Assembly (NCBI GenBank): GCA_902589175.1
Contig: CACIRX010000001.1
Span: 516-64,515 of the forward strand
Length of the DNA stretch: 64,000 bases
Source: an uncultured Pelagibacteraceae bacterium
Lineage (GTDB): Bacteria > Pseudomonadota > Alphaproteobacteria > Pelagibacterales > AG-422-B15
Reading direction: 5' to 3'
The notes beneath the pieces were generated by a model. That model was given only the letters and a program-made list of their open reading frames with translations. It was not told the DNA's origin and did no database searches. Shown here one piece after another: positions 8,259 to 17,725 of the stretch; position 1 is the first letter of the stretch, and every line of letters starts with the position of its first letter. The position numbers and the translations under genes are program-made.

Positions 8259-9161
8259 ATGACTCAAGTTGCACCAAAGTGGTTCGAAAAAGCAATAGCC
8301 AACAAGCCCGACGTACTATCTGTGAAAATAAAAGGCACAAAAATTGTCTATAATGCTTGGGGTGATAAATCAAAACCAGGATTAATTTTCATCCATGGCG
8401 GTATGGCGCATGCAGAGTGGTGGAGTTTTATAGCCCCTTACTTTTCTAAGACACATAGAGTTATAGCTATGAATCTGGGAGGAATGGGTGATAGTGGATG
8501 GAAGAAAAAATATTCAGTTGAGTCATGGGGAGCAGAAATTGTTGGTGTTTGTAAAAAAGAGAAATTAAAAAAACCTATTTTTATTGGACATAGTCTTGGA
8601 GGTATGTGTGGTGTTTATGCAGCTTCATTAATGAAGAAAAAATTATATGGTTTAGTCATTGTTGATACAGCTATAATGCCTCCAACCGATAATCCTCCTA
8701 AATTTGATTTAAAGGTCAGAGCAAATAACATTTATAAAAAAATGACAGATATTATTGACCGTTTTAGATTAGTACCATCTCAGAGCGAGGCGCTTGAATA
8801 TGCAATGAATTTTATAGCTGAAAAATCTATAAAAAAAGTCAGAGGTGGATGGACATGGAAATTTGATCCAAGTTACATGAATATTTTTACAAGTGAAAAT
8901 TTTGCTGAAAGGCAAGCTGTTTTACGAAAAACCCTCAAAGGCCTTAAATGTAGAGTAGCCGTATTTAGGGGTGAGAAATCATCTATCTTTCCCGGGTTTA
9001 GTGCAAAATATATGAATGAACTAATGGATAAAAAATCGCCAATTATCAATATTCCAGAAGCTCATCATCATATTATGGTGGATCAGCCTTTAGCGCTTGT
9101 TTCAGCTTTAAGATCTTTGATTATAGATTGGGATCATTCAAAACCATCTAAAGCACTGTAA
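8259..9161 (+). CDS. Alpha/beta-fold hydrolase
   Basis: Shows LIFIHGG, the nucleophile elbow GHSLGG and a C-terminal PEAHHHIMVDQP His block. Confidence 0.75.
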   Translation: MTQVAPKWFEKAIANKPDVLSVKIKGTKIVYNAWGDKSKPGLIFIHGGMAHAEWWSFIAPYFSKTHRVIAMNLGGMGDSGWKKKYSVESWGAEIVGVCKKEKLKKPIFIGHSLGGMCGVYAASLMKKKLYGLVIVDTAIMPPTDNPPKFDLKVRANNIYKKMTDIIDRFRLVPSQSEALEYAMNFIAEKSIKKVRGGWTWKFDPSYMNIFTSENFAERQAVLRKTLKGLKCRVAVFRGEKSSIFPGFSAKYMNELMDKKSPIINIPEAHHHIMVDQPLALVSALRSLIIDWDHSKPSKAL

Positions 9162-9250
9162 ACTATATATAAATCAACCATCTTTAATCAAATATTAACT
9201 AAAAAAAACACTGTTAAATTCGATATTTAGAAATATATTACCTTCTTATC

Positions 9251-9361
9251 ATGGATATATCGGAACAGAAAAAAACTTATAGTTTCTTCGGCAAGCTCAT
9301 CTTATGGGGTTCTGTTGCTGTTGTTGTTGTATTGGTTTTGATGGCAATTTTTTTAATCTAA
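9251..9361 (+). CDS. 36-aa single-pass membrane micro-protein resembling bacterial aa3-type cytochrome oxidase subunit IV (COX4_pro_2-like)
   Basis: MDISEQKKTYSFFGKLILWGSVAVVVVLVLMAIFLI aligns by eye with Paracoccus subunit IV ([33 protein letters not shown], from memory). Such ORFs commonly precede pntA in Alphaproteobacteria. Not in the ORF track. Confidence 0.55.
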   Translation: MDISEQKKTYSFFGKLILWGSVAVVVVLVLMAIFLI

Positions 9362-9372
9362 CTATATTACTT

Positions 9373-10494
9373 ATGCGCGCTTACATTTTAAAAGAAAGTG
9401 ACTCGGAATTACGCGTATCGGCTTCACCAGAAAGTGTAAAAAAAATGGTTGGATTAGGCATTTCTGTAAATATACAAACAACCGCTGGTCAAAATTCAAA
9501 CTTTTCTGACGAAAGTTACATAGCAAATGGGGCTGAAATATTTAATAATACCTCCGAAATTTCAAATGCAGACATCATTATAAAAGTTAATAAGCCAACT
9601 GATAATGAAATTTCATTAATGAAAGAAGGCTCTTTATTCATTGGATCTCTTGATCCATATAACAGTAAGGAGACACTAAATAAACTAAAGGATAAAGGCA
9701 TAACATCGTTTGCAATGGAATTAATGCCAAGAATAACAAGAGCTCAATCAATGGATATACTATCTTCCCAATCTAACTTAGCTGGATACAAGGCTGTTAT
9801 AGATGCAACCTATCTTTTTAACAAAGCGATGCCAATGATGATGACTGCCGCCGGTACAATTGCGCCTGCAAAAGTTATGGTATTTGGTGCTGGCGTTGCA
9901 GGTTTACAAGCTATTGCTACTGCAAAGCGACTTGGAGCAATCGTTTCTGCAACTGACGTAAGAATGGCAGCAAAAGAACAAGTCGAGAGTTTGGGAGGTA
10001 AATTTGTTATGGTTGAAGATGATGAGTCTCAGGATGCAGAAACATCTGGTGGTTATGCAAAAGAAATGAGTGATGAATTTAAAGCTAAACAGGCAAAGCT
10101 TATTTCAGATACCTTAGCAACTCAAGACATTGCAATATGCACAGCACTTATTCCTGGTAAGAAAGCTCCAACACTTATTTCAGAGGAACAAGTTAGAACA
10201 ATGAAACCTGGTTCAATAATAATTGACCTGGCGGCTGAGAGTGGTGGAAATTGTGAGTGCTCTGTAGCTGGCGAAACTATAGAGGTTGGAGGCGTGCACG
10301 TAGTTGGTTCAAAAGATATAACTTCAACAATTTCTGAGGATGCTTCTGCGCTATTTTCAAAAAATATACTTAATTTTTTAACATTATTAATCGACAGCGA
10401 GTCCAATTCTATAAATATTGATTGGGATGATGAGATTATTCAAGGAATACTTGTTACAAAAAATAATGAAATCGTTCATAAGGAGCTCAGCTAA
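9373..10494 (+). CDS. pntAA: NAD(P) transhydrogenase subunit alpha part 1 (dI domain)
   Basis: ORF 9304..10494 is AlaDH/PNT-like, with [20 protein letters not shown] and [10 protein letters not shown]. The start is placed at ATG 9373 (MRAYILKE). The upstream CCCCCC stretch is the micro-ORF read in another frame. Confidence 0.9.
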   Translation: MRAYILKESDSELRVSASPESVKKMVGLGISVNIQTTAGQNSNFSDESYIANGAEIFNNTSEISNADIIIKVNKPTDNEISLMKEGSLFIGSLDPYNSKETLNKLKDKGITSFAMELMPRITRAQSMDILSSQSNLAGYKAVIDATYLFNKAMPMMMTAAGTIAPAKVMVFGAGVAGLQAIATAKRLGAIVSATDVRMAAKEQVESLGGKFVMVEDDESQDAETSGGYAKEMSDEFKAKQAKLISDTLATQDIAICTALIPGKKAPTLISEEQVRTMKPGSIIIDLAAESGGNCECSVAGETIEVGGVHVVGSKDITSTISEDASALFSKNILNFLTLLIDSESNSINIDWDDEIIQGILVTKNNEIVHKELS

Positions 10495-10817
10495 TGGAAG
10501 TAATTGATCCAAATATATTTAGACTTACTATTTTTGTGTTATCAATTTTTGTGGGTTACTATGTAGTTTGGAGTGTGACACCTGCCTTACATACTCCTTT
10601 AATGGCTGTTACCAATGCGATTTCGTCAGTAATCATTGTTGGCGGCTTATTTGCTCTAGTCTCAAGTACTGATCAAACATTTCTGGGAATTTTGTCTAAG
10701 AGTTTTGGATTTATAGCGGTCTTGCTAGCTGCGGTAAATATATTTGGTGGATTTTTAGTAACACAAAGAATGTTAGCAATGTATAAAAAGAAACCAAAAA
10801 ACCAGGATAAAAAATAA
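10494..10817 (+). CDS. pntAB: NAD(P) transhydrogenase subunit alpha part 2 (membrane dII part)
   Basis: A 107-aa protein with three hydrophobic helices. It is coupled to both flanking pnt genes by 1-nt overlaps (TAATG). Confidence 0.9.
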   Translation: MEVIDPNIFRLTIFVLSIFVGYYVVWSVTPALHTPLMAVTNAISSVIIVGGLFALVSSTDQTFLGILSKSFGFIAVLLAAVNIFGGFLVTQRMLAMYKKKPKNQDKK

Positions 10818-12214
10818 TGCATAATCTTGTAGCCGTTGCTTACGTTATATCAGGAATATTCTTTATCATTGCTTTAAGAGGCCTATCTTCACCAGAAAGT
10901 TCTCGAAGAGGTAATATCTTTGGCATGCTTGGTATGTTAATTGCTGTGCTTGCCACATTATTCTCTGTTAATTTTTTTACATCCAATATTCAAACTATAG
11001 GTTTAGTACTAATTGCAATAGTTATTGGTGGATTAATTGGATCAGTGATTGCTAGAAAAATTGCAATGACTGCAATGCCGCAACTCGTTGCCGCTTTTCA
11101 TAGCTTGGTAGGACTTGCAGCAGTATTCGTTGCATTAGCCGCGTTTTATGCACCCGAGGCTTTTAACATTGGGACTGTTGGAAAAATTAAAACTTTAAGT
11201 TTAGTAGAAATGTCTCTTGGTGCTGTGATTGGTGCTATTACTTTTTCTGGCTCAGTAATTGCATTTGGTAAATTGCAAGGCATTATGTCAGGCTCACCAA
11301 TTGTATTTAAGGGTCAACACCTTGTAAATTTGTTAATTGGTTTGATTATAATCGCAGGTATTGTTTATTTTTGTTTTAATCAGGATCAAAATGTTTATTT
11401 GGCAATTATCACGCTCTCATTTCTGATTGGATTTTTAATTATTATTCCTATTGGTGGGGCTGATATGCCTGTTGTTGTATCAATGTTAAACTCTTATTCA
11501 GGATGGGCTGCAGCTGGAATTGGTTTTACTCTTGGAAATACTGCACTGATCATCACTGGTGCTTTAGTTGGATCATCTGGAGCAATTTTATCTTATATAA
11601 TGTGTGCTGCTATGAACAGATCATTCATCAGTGTTATTCTAGGTGGATTTGGAGCAGAAGATGCTGCGGTTTCTAAAGATGTGGAACAAAGACCTGTAAA
11701 AGAAGGTAGCGCTGATGATGCTGCATTTATTATGAAAAATGCAGGCTCAGTTATTATTGTTCCTGGATATGGAATGGCGGTAGCACAAGCTCAGCATGCA
11801 CTTAAAGAAATGACAGATGCGCTAAAATCAAATGGTGTAAAGGTTACATTTGCAATTCACCCTGTTGCGGGAAGAATGCCAGGACACATGAATGTATTGT
11901 TGGCTGAAGCAAATGTTCCCTATGATGAGGTTTTTGAACTTGAGGATATTAATTCTGAATTCTCTCAAGCTGATGTTGCTTTTGTTATTGGAGCGAATGA
12001 TGTAACGAATCCTATAGCAAAAACAGATCCTGCATCACCAATTTATGGAATGCCTATTCTTGATGTAGAAAAAGCCAGTACAGTTCTGTTTGTCAAAAGA
12101 GGACGAGGTCTCGGCTATGCAGGTATTGATAATGAATTATTCTATCGTGACAATACTATGATGCTATTTTCGGATGCAAAAAAAATGGTTGAAGGTATTG
12201 TCAAAGCTTTATAA
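10817..12214 (+). CDS. pntB: NAD(P) transhydrogenase subunit beta
   Basis: A polytopic N-terminus plus the dIII NADP(H) domain: [45 protein letters not shown]. Confidence 0.95.
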   Translation: MHNLVAVAYVISGIFFIIALRGLSSPESSRRGNIFGMLGMLIAVLATLFSVNFFTSNIQTIGLVLIAIVIGGLIGSVIARKIAMTAMPQLVAAFHSLVGLAAVFVALAAFYAPEAFNIGTVGKIKTLSLVEMSLGAVIGAITFSGSVIAFGKLQGIMSGSPIVFKGQHLVNLLIGLIIIAGIVYFCFNQDQNVYLAIITLSFLIGFLIIIPIGGADMPVVVSMLNSYSGWAAAGIGFTLGNTALIITGALVGSSGAILSYIMCAAMNRSFISVILGGFGAEDAAVSKDVEQRPVKEGSADDAAFIMKNAGSVIIVPGYGMAVAQAQHALKEMTDALKSNGVKVTFAIHPVAGRMPGHMNVLLAEANVPYDEVFELEDINSEFSQADVAFVIGANDVTNPIAKTDPASPIYGMPILDVEKASTVLFVKRGRGLGYAGIDNELFYRDNTMMLFSDAKKMVEGIVKAL

Positions 12215-12218
12215 AAAT

Positions 12219-12416
12219 TTAGCTATAAATCTTTCTTCTAGCCATTTTACGAGAGCGACGAATGTTTTCAGCCTTCTCTCTTAATTTTTTTTGACTAGGT
12301 TTTTCAAAGTAAGTTCTCATCTTCATTTCTTTAAAAATGCCTTCTCTTTGCATCTTTTTTTTGAGAATACGAAGGGCTCCCTCCACATTATTATCTTTTA
12401 CACTTACTTCGACTAT
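12219..12416 (-). CDS. rpsU: 30S ribosomal protein S21, apparently with a non-canonical (ATA) start
   Basis: Hand translation gives (I/M)[64 protein letters not shown]. An AAGGAGG Shine-Dalgarno lies 8 nt upstream of ATA (12416-12414). An in-frame TAA sits 10 codons upstream, with no ATG/GTG/TTG in between. Confidence 0.85.
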   Translation of the reverse strand: MVEVSVKDNNVEGALRILKKKMQREGIFKEMKMRTYFEKPSQKKLREKAENIRRSRKMARRKIYS

Positions 12417-12454
12417 TGTTCTGCCCTCCTTAAGAGCAAGTTAAAATTTGAAGG

Positions 12455-12483
12455 TTTTTAGCACTTGGATACACGCTTGTCCA
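12455..12483 (-). promoter_or_regulatory. Candidate promoter of rpsU
   Basis: On the reverse strand: TGGACA (12483-12478), a 17-nt spacer, then TAAAAA (12460-12455). It lies in the 88-nt gap between the purK stop and the rpsU start. Confidence 0.3.
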
Positions 12484-12504
12484 CATAAAAGAAAAAGATT
12501 TAAT

Positions 12505-13581
12505 CTATATTACAAAATTAATATGGCCCATTTTACGGCCTTGTTTAATTGTTTTTTTACCATAGTCGTATGCCTTCTTCTTTTTATAAACCTTATAACT
12601 TTTCAATTTACTTATTTGTTTGGTTCTTTTGATCTCATTGCCAATAAGATTTCTCATAAGACCTTTTTTAATAATTTTTGGGGTTTTAATTTTATCTTTT
12701 GTGATTGCTTTAATATGCAACTCGAATTGACTCATATTCGCATTATCAAGTGTTATATGGCCTGAATTGTGAACTCTTGGTGCAATTTCGTTTACATAGA
12801 TATTATTTTTATCGTCTAAAAAGAATTCTATTGTGAGTAAGCCAATGTAATTAAGCTTATTTAAAATCTTTTTTGATATTATTGTTAGCTGTTTATTTAT
12901 TTTTTCATCTATTTGTGATGGAGATATTGTTTCAAACAAAATATGGTTTTTGTGAGTATTCTCAAATGGTGGATAAAAATATATATTTTTTTTTATGTTT
13001 CTTGAGCAAATGACAGATAGTTCTCTATCAAACTTTATTACCTTCTCAATTACGCAAGATTGATAATCAAGCTTTTTCCATTTATTTTTTAAGTCAGAAA
13101 AATTTTTTACTTTGTATTGCCCTTTTCCGTCATAACCAAATCTGCAAGTTTTTAATATAACTGGAAAATTTATTTTATCTTTAAACTTATTTAAATTTGT
13201 TTTCTTATTAATAAAAAAAAGTCCGGCATGTTTAATTTTATTCTTTGAAAAAAATAATTTTTCTTTTTTTCTATCTTGGCTTATTTCTAAAGCCGAAATC
13301 GGTGGGTATATTTTTATTTGTTTATTGATTTGTTTTAATGTTTTTATAGCAACATTCTCAAATTCATAAGTTAGCAAATCAACATTTTTTCTAAATTCAT
13401 TTAACTTCTTATGATCATTGAAAGAACCATAAATAATTTTATTAGCATATTTTTTTGCAGGGGCATCATCTGTATCAGAATAGATGTGTGTAATAAGCCC
13501 ATTTTTTTGACAAGCTTGAGCTAAAAACATGCCAAGTTGACCCCCACCGATTATGCCTACAGTGGAAACTTCAGCTTTCAT
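12505..13581 (-). CDS. purK: N5-carboxyaminoimidazole ribonucleotide synthase
   Basis: An ATP-grasp protein beginning VGIIGGGQLGMFLAQA, with GYDGKGQ and NEIAPRVHNSGH. It shares a 1-nt overlap with purE. Confidence 0.9.
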   Translation of the reverse strand: MKAEVSTVGIIGGGQLGMFLAQACQKNGLITHIYSDTDDAPAKKYANKIIYGSFNDHKKLNEFRKNVDLLTYEFENVAIKTLKQINKQIKIYPPISALEISQDRKKEKLFFSKNKIKHAGLFFINKKTNLNKFKDKINFPVILKTCRFGYDGKGQYKVKNFSDLKNKWKKLDYQSCVIEKVIKFDRELSVICSRNIKKNIYFYPPFENTHKNHILFETISPSQIDEKINKQLTIISKKILNKLNYIGLLTIEFFLDDKNNIYVNEIAPRVHNSGHITLDNANMSQFELHIKAITKDKIKTPKIIKKGLMRNLIGNEIKRTKQISKLKSYKVYKKKKAYDYGKKTIKQGRKMGHINFVI

Positions 13582-14066
13582 TATTTAGGTATATTTTTTA
13601 CTGACTTAGTTTGCTTTGATCTCCATGAAGCGTATTTCTTTTTCAGTTTTGTGTTATTGCTGCTTAAAATTGATACTGCAAGTAATGCTGCATTTTTTGC
13701 TCCAGCTTCTCCAACAGCAAGTGTTCCAACTGGAACGCCTGCTGGCATTTGAGCGATCGATAGCAAACTATCTAAGCCTTTTAGTTTTTTTGACTCAATT
13801 GGAACACCTAGTACAGGAATATTTGAAATAGAGGCTGTCATTCCAGGCAAATGAGCTGCTCCACCAGCGCCTGCAATTATTATTTCTATCCCTCTTTGTT
13901 CTGCTCTTTCAGCATATTCAAACATTCTTTTAGGCGTTCTATGGGCAGAAATAATTTTTACTTCGTGTTTTATATTAAATAATTTTAAAATTTTTGAAGC
14001 ATGTTTCATTGTAGACCAATCAGATTGGCTGCCCATAATGATGCTTACCAGTGAAGGATTTTTCAT
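13581..14066 (-). CDS. purE: N5-CAIR mutase (class I PurE)
   Basis: Contains [33 protein letters not shown] and [10 protein letters not shown]. Confidence 0.93.
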   Translation of the reverse strand: MKNPSLVSIIMGSQSDWSTMKHASKILKLFNIKHEVKIISAHRTPKRMFEYAERAEQRGIEIIIAGAGGAAHLPGMTASISNIPVLGVPIESKKLKGLDSLLSIAQMPAGVPVGTLAVGEAGAKNAALLAVSILSSNNTKLKKKYASWRSKQTKSVKNIPK

Positions 14067-14077
14067 TTTAATATTTA

Positions 14078-14719
14078 TTATCCATCGACAGCAGAAGTTT
14101 CTGACTCATTTATGTCTGAAACTTTTTCATCTGCTTCTTGCAGTCTCAATCTCTCTTCTTTTTCTTTTTTCTTTTGAGCTCTTTTCATTGATCTTTCAGC
14201 TTTAGCTAAAGCCTCATCTAATTCAACTTGCCTACAAATTCCAAGACCAATTGGATCTTGTGGACGGATATTTGCCATGTTCCAATGAGTTCTTTTTCTA
14301 ATAGCATCAATTGTATTTTTTGTACTGCCAACTAGTCTTGCAACCTGTGAATCCTTTAGTTCGGGGTGATTTCTTATCAACCAATAAACTGCGTCTGGCC
14401 TATCCTGTCTTTTTGAAAGAGGAGTATATTTTTTTTTCTTTTTTGATTGCTCAGTCTTTTCAGAGATTTCATTTTCAATAATCTTCAGTGACTCATCTTC
14501 ATTATCTGCACATCTATCTATTTCATCTTTTGTTAATTGACCACTGGTTATAGGATTTAATCCCTTAATTCCCACACCGACTTCACCATCTGCTATACCT
14601 TTAATTTCTAATTCATGCATTCCACAGAAATCACCTATCTGCCTGAATGACAAAGAGGTATTATCAACAAGCCATATTGCAGTGGCTTTTGGCATTAATG
14701 GTAATTTTGCTGTTTTCAT
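14078..14719 (-). CDS. DUF1013 family protein (alphaproteobacterial TrcR-like cell-cycle regulator family)
   Basis: The N-terminus [40 protein letters not shown] matches the conserved DUF1013 head. It has an acidic/basic low-complexity tail. Confidence 0.6.
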   Translation of the reverse strand: MKTAKLPLMPKATAIWLVDNTSLSFRQIGDFCGMHELEIKGIADGEVGVGIKGLNPITSGQLTKDEIDRCADNEDESLKIIENEISEKTEQSKKKKKYTPLSKRQDRPDAVYWLIRNHPELKDSQVARLVGSTKNTIDAIRKRTHWNMANIRPQDPIGLGICRQVELDEALAKAERSMKRAQKKKEKEERLRLQEADEKVSDINESETSAVDG

Positions 14720-14773
14720 AATAATTATAGAGTGCTTCTTATAAGTTAATTTTATAGTTTTTCAAAGGATATC

Positions 14774-15769
14774 CTAAAATTTAAGCAGCAATTTGCCAAT
14801 ATTCTTATTATTTTCCATGTATTGATGTGCTTTTTGAACATTCTCATAATCAAATTTTTGGTCAATATGCAATTTAATATTGCCATTTTCAATTAATGGC
14901 CAAATATGTTTCTTAAGATTATCGGCAATGAGTTTCTTTTCATCATTACTTCTTATTCTTAACGTTGAGCCAGAAACTGTTAATCGCTTCAACATAATTG
15001 GCAGTAAGTTTACTTCTACCTTAGATCCCTTTAGGTATGCAATATTTAGAAGCCTTCCAAGTCTATTTAGGACATTAATATTTTTTTGAAAATAATCCCC
15101 ACCTACCATGTCTAGTATTACATCAACTCCTTTATATTCATTTTTAATTATGCTTTCAAAATCCTCAAGATTGTAATTAATTACTCTATCTAAACCCAAA
15201 TCCTTCAAATATTTATATTTTTCGTCTGATCCTACGGTTGCTATGCATTTAATTTGCATGGCTAATGCAATAGAAATAGCAGTCAAACCTATACCACTAG
15301 CACCACCATGAATTAATAATGTCTCACCTTGTTTTAGCTTTGCTTGATCAAATAGATTTGTCCAAACTGTAAAAAATGTTTCGGGAATTGTGCAAGCGTC
15401 AATAATTGAAATACCTTTAGGTATAGGAAGAATTGTTGATGTATGACATTTTACAAATTCTGCGTAACCTCCGCCAGGGACAAGTGCACAGACTTTTGTG
15501 TTGAGCAAATTTTTATTTACATTTTCACCAACATCAACAATTTCCCCTGAAACTTCTAAGCCCAAAATTTCTGATGCACCGGGCGGTGGTGGGTATCCAC
15601 CAGATCGTTGAAGAATGTCTGGTCGATTTATACCTGCTGCGTGAACTTGAATCAAAACTTCATGTTTTTCTATTTGAGGTATCTCAACATCATTAGTTAC
15701 TCCTAAAACCTCTGGTCCACCAAATTCTTTGTATACTATTGCTTTCATTTTAATCTTAGGAGCCACCAT
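14774..15769 (-). CDS. NAD(P)H:quinone oxidoreductase (zeta-crystallin/PIG3-type MDR family)
   Basis: Has the MDR pattern AAGINRPD, GLEVSGEI and LIHGGASGIGLTAI. An AGGAG Shine-Dalgarno lies 9 nt before the ATG at 15769. Confidence 0.8.
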   Translation of the reverse strand: MVAPKIKMKAIVYKEFGGPEVLGVTNDVEIPQIEKHEVLIQVHAAGINRPDILQRSGGYPPPPGASEILGLEVSGEIVDVGENVNKNLLNTKVCALVPGGGYAEFVKCHTSTILPIPKGISIIDACTIPETFFTVWTNLFDQAKLKQGETLLIHGGASGIGLTAISIALAMQIKCIATVGSDEKYKYLKDLGLDRVINYNLEDFESIIKNEYKGVDVILDMVGGDYFQKNINVLNRLGRLLNIAYLKGSKVEVNLLPIMLKRLTVSGSTLRIRSNDEKKLIADNLKKHIWPLIENGNIKLHIDQKFDYENVQKAHQYMENNKNIGKLLLKF

Positions 15770-15791
15770 TCAAAGTGACTCCTAATTCTTT

Positions 15792-16220
15792 TTAGTTAAT
15801 TTTTGAATTAATTTCAATTTTTCTAGGTTTTTGATGTTCTGGTATTTCTCTTTCAAGAAAAATGTGAAGTAACCCATTTTCGTAATTTGCATCAGTAACT
15901 TTTATGGTATCAGCTAATCTAAATTTTCTTTCAAAATTTCTACCTGCTATGCCTCTGTGCAAAAATTCGATTTCCTTATTGGAGTCATTAGTTGATCCCT
16001 TAATAACCAACTCATTTTCCTGTACAGATATATCTAAATCTGATTTTGAAAAACCAGCTACAGCTACTGTTATAGTGTAATTATTGCCTGATTTAACAAT
16101 ATTATATGGTGGATAAGTTCCACTGGACTCATTTAAATTAAAGACCGAGTCAAAAATATTATCAAATGCATCGAAACCTACACTAGAGCGTAGTAATGGT
16201 GATAAGTCAAATGTAGTCAT
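15792..16220 (-). CDS. ibpA: Small heat-shock protein (Hsp20/IbpA family)
   Basis: Has an alpha-crystallin domain: PPYNIVK, VAVAGFSKSDLDISV, FERKFRLAD, GLLHIFLERE. Confidence 0.9.
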   Translation of the reverse strand: MTTFDLSPLLRSSVGFDAFDNIFDSVFNLNESSGTYPPYNIVKSGNNYTITVAVAGFSKSDLDISVQENELVIKGSTNDSNKEIEFLHRGIAGRNFERKFRLADTIKVTDANYENGLLHIFLEREIPEHQKPRKIEINSKIN

Positions 16221-16307
16221 AATTTAATCCTCCTTAAGCGATTAAAAATTTGCTTACTCTTTAAGAGCTAAGCTATGTTTGCTGACGCAGAATGCCATCA
16301 GCACCTT

Positions 16308-16336
16308 ATATGTTGTGACTAATGATAAATTTTCAA
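16308..16336 (-). promoter_or_regulatory. Candidate sigma-32 (RpoH)-type promoter of the sHSP gene
   Basis: On the reverse strand: aTTGAAA (16336-16331), a 15-nt spacer, then CAACATAT (16315-16308). Compare the sigma-32 consensus CTTGAAA...CCCCATNT. rpoH is encoded in this window. Confidence 0.35.
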
Positions 16337-16351
16337 TACTAGAAATTTGAA

Positions 16352-16570
16352 TTATGTCTTGAGGTTACTGAACCTTTTTTTGAAACGACTAACTTGGCCT
16401 TTATCCTGAATTTTTTGCTGCCCACCAGTCCAAGCTGGGTGGGAAAGGGGATCAATATCAAGAGACATTGTGTCACCTTCTTTTCCCCATGTAGACATAG
16501 TCTCAAATTTTGTGCCGTCTGTCATCACGACTGTAATTTTATGGTAATCAGGATGTTTATCTTTTTTCAT
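16352..16570 (-). CDS. rpmE: 50S ribosomal protein L31
   Basis: [50 protein letters not shown] is the canonical L31 sequence pattern, in the Cys-less form. Confidence 0.92.
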   Translation of the reverse strand: MKKDKHPDYHKITVVMTDGTKFETMSTWGKEGDTMSLDIDPLSHPAWTGGQQKIQDKGQVSRFKKRFSNLKT

Positions 16571-16639
16571 ATATGTTCTATTTTTTGTGAGTAGATATCC
16601 TATATAATATTATTGATCAACAGTTAATTGTTAAATTTT

Positions 16640-16942
16640 ATGAATATAATTTCAATAATGATGAGACGGCTTAATATTCATAGTTTCTCTCAATTTATCG
16701 TAATCATGATTATTTTTGCTATTACAGGGTCATTGTCGCTATATATCACTGTCGAATTATTTCAATTTATTGGTCTACAGGAAGAGAATTTAAATCCAAT
16801 AATTTTTTGGCCGCTTAGAATAATATTGCTTTTTGTAATCTATCAAATATTACTGCTACTTGTTGCATTGCCATTCGGACAATTTCAATATTTTTGGTCA
16901 TTTGAAAAAAAATTTTTAAGTAGATTTGGACTTAAATTATAA
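16640..16942 (+). CDS. Small integral membrane protein, function unknown
   Basis: ORF 16628..16942 has two or three hydrophobic segments. ATG 16640 is preferred over TTG 16628. No family was recognised. Confidence 0.4.
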   Translation: MNIISIMMRRLNIHSFSQFIVIMIIFAITGSLSLYITVELFQFIGLQEENLNPIIFWPLRIILLFVIYQILLLLVALPFGQFQYFWSFEKKFLSRFGLKL

Positions 16943-17725
16943 TTCAATTATTTTTTTAAGCTTTTCATGTATTCTAAAATTAGATGCTAATATTCTTCCA
17001 CTTTTGAGATAGTCCTCTTTTCCATCAAAATCAGTTACTTTTCCTCCGGCCTCTTTTACAATTAATGAGCCAGCTGCAATATCAACCAATTTTAAATTTT
17101 TTTCCCAATATCCGTCAAATTTTCCTGCGGCCACATAAGCTAAGTCGAGTGACGCTGCGCCAAATCTTCTAATGCCGCATACTTTTTCCATAACTTGCTT
17201 TAACCCAGGAACATATTCTTCATGACCTTTCATACCTTTATGAGGAATGCCTGTGCCAATCATACAGTCTTCAAGGTTCTCTTTTGAGGATACTCTGAGT
17301 CTCAGATTATTACAGTAGGCGCCTCTTCCTTTAACTGCCCAAAAGAATTCATCAGTAAGCGGTTGATATACACCTCCAACTATTACCTCGTTATTCTTTT
17401 CAAGTGCGATTGATATAGCAAAGTGTGGAATACTAAAAACAAAGTTGCTTGTGCCATCAAGGGGATCAATAATCCATCTAATATTTTCATCAGAATTTTT
17501 TATAACACCTGTTTCTTCGGCAATAATATTTATTTTAGGATATGAATAAGTTAGTTCTTTAATCAACATTTTTTCAGCTTTTGTATCTGCTAATGATACA
17601 AAATCAGAGACGCCCTTTAGAGACACTTGAAGTTTTTCAACTTCTCCAAAATCCCGAATAAGGCTTTTACTAGTTTTTCTACAGGCTAAAAAAATCGCAT
17701 TGATATAAGGGTCTGAGTAGCTCAT
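16937..17725 (-). CDS. suhB: Inositol monophosphatase family protein (SuhB-like)
   Basis: Has the IMPase motifs IIAEE, WIIDPLDGTSNF and a lateral AAGKFDGYWE block. It shares a 1-nt overlap with efp. Confidence 0.85.
   Translation of the reverse strand: MSYSDPYINAIFLACRKTSKSLIRDFGEVEKLQVSLKGVSDFVSLADTKAEKMLIKELTYSYPKINIIAEETGVIKNSDENIRWIIDPLDGTSNFVFSIPHFAISIALEKNNEVIVGGVYQPLTDEFFWAVKGRGAYCNNLRLRVSSKENLEDCMIGTGIPHKGMKGHEEYVPGLKQVMEKVCGIRRFGAASLDLAYVAAGKFDGYWEKNLKLVDIAAGSLIVKEAGGKVTDFDGKEDYLKSGRILASNFRIHEKLKKIIEL

Noticed and set aside
9304-9372. N-terminal extension of the pntAA ORF containing a CCCCCC run
   Set aside because: The poly-Cys stretch is the TM helix codons (GTT GCT GTT GTT...) of the upstream micro-ORF read in another frame. 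PntAA homology starts at MRAYILKE (ATG 9373).
12448-12765. 105-aa plus-strand ORF overlapping the 3' end of purK
   Set aside because: It is an antisense shadow of purK with a hydrophobic low-complexity translation and no SD.
14720-14773. TATAAT 4 nt upstream of the DUF1013 ATG, and TATAGT 7 nt upstream of the KAS III ATG at 60803, suggesting leaderless mRNAs
   Set aside because: TATAAT-like hexamers occur by chance at high frequency in DNA of about 70% AT. Without TSS data this cannot be distinguished from coincidence.
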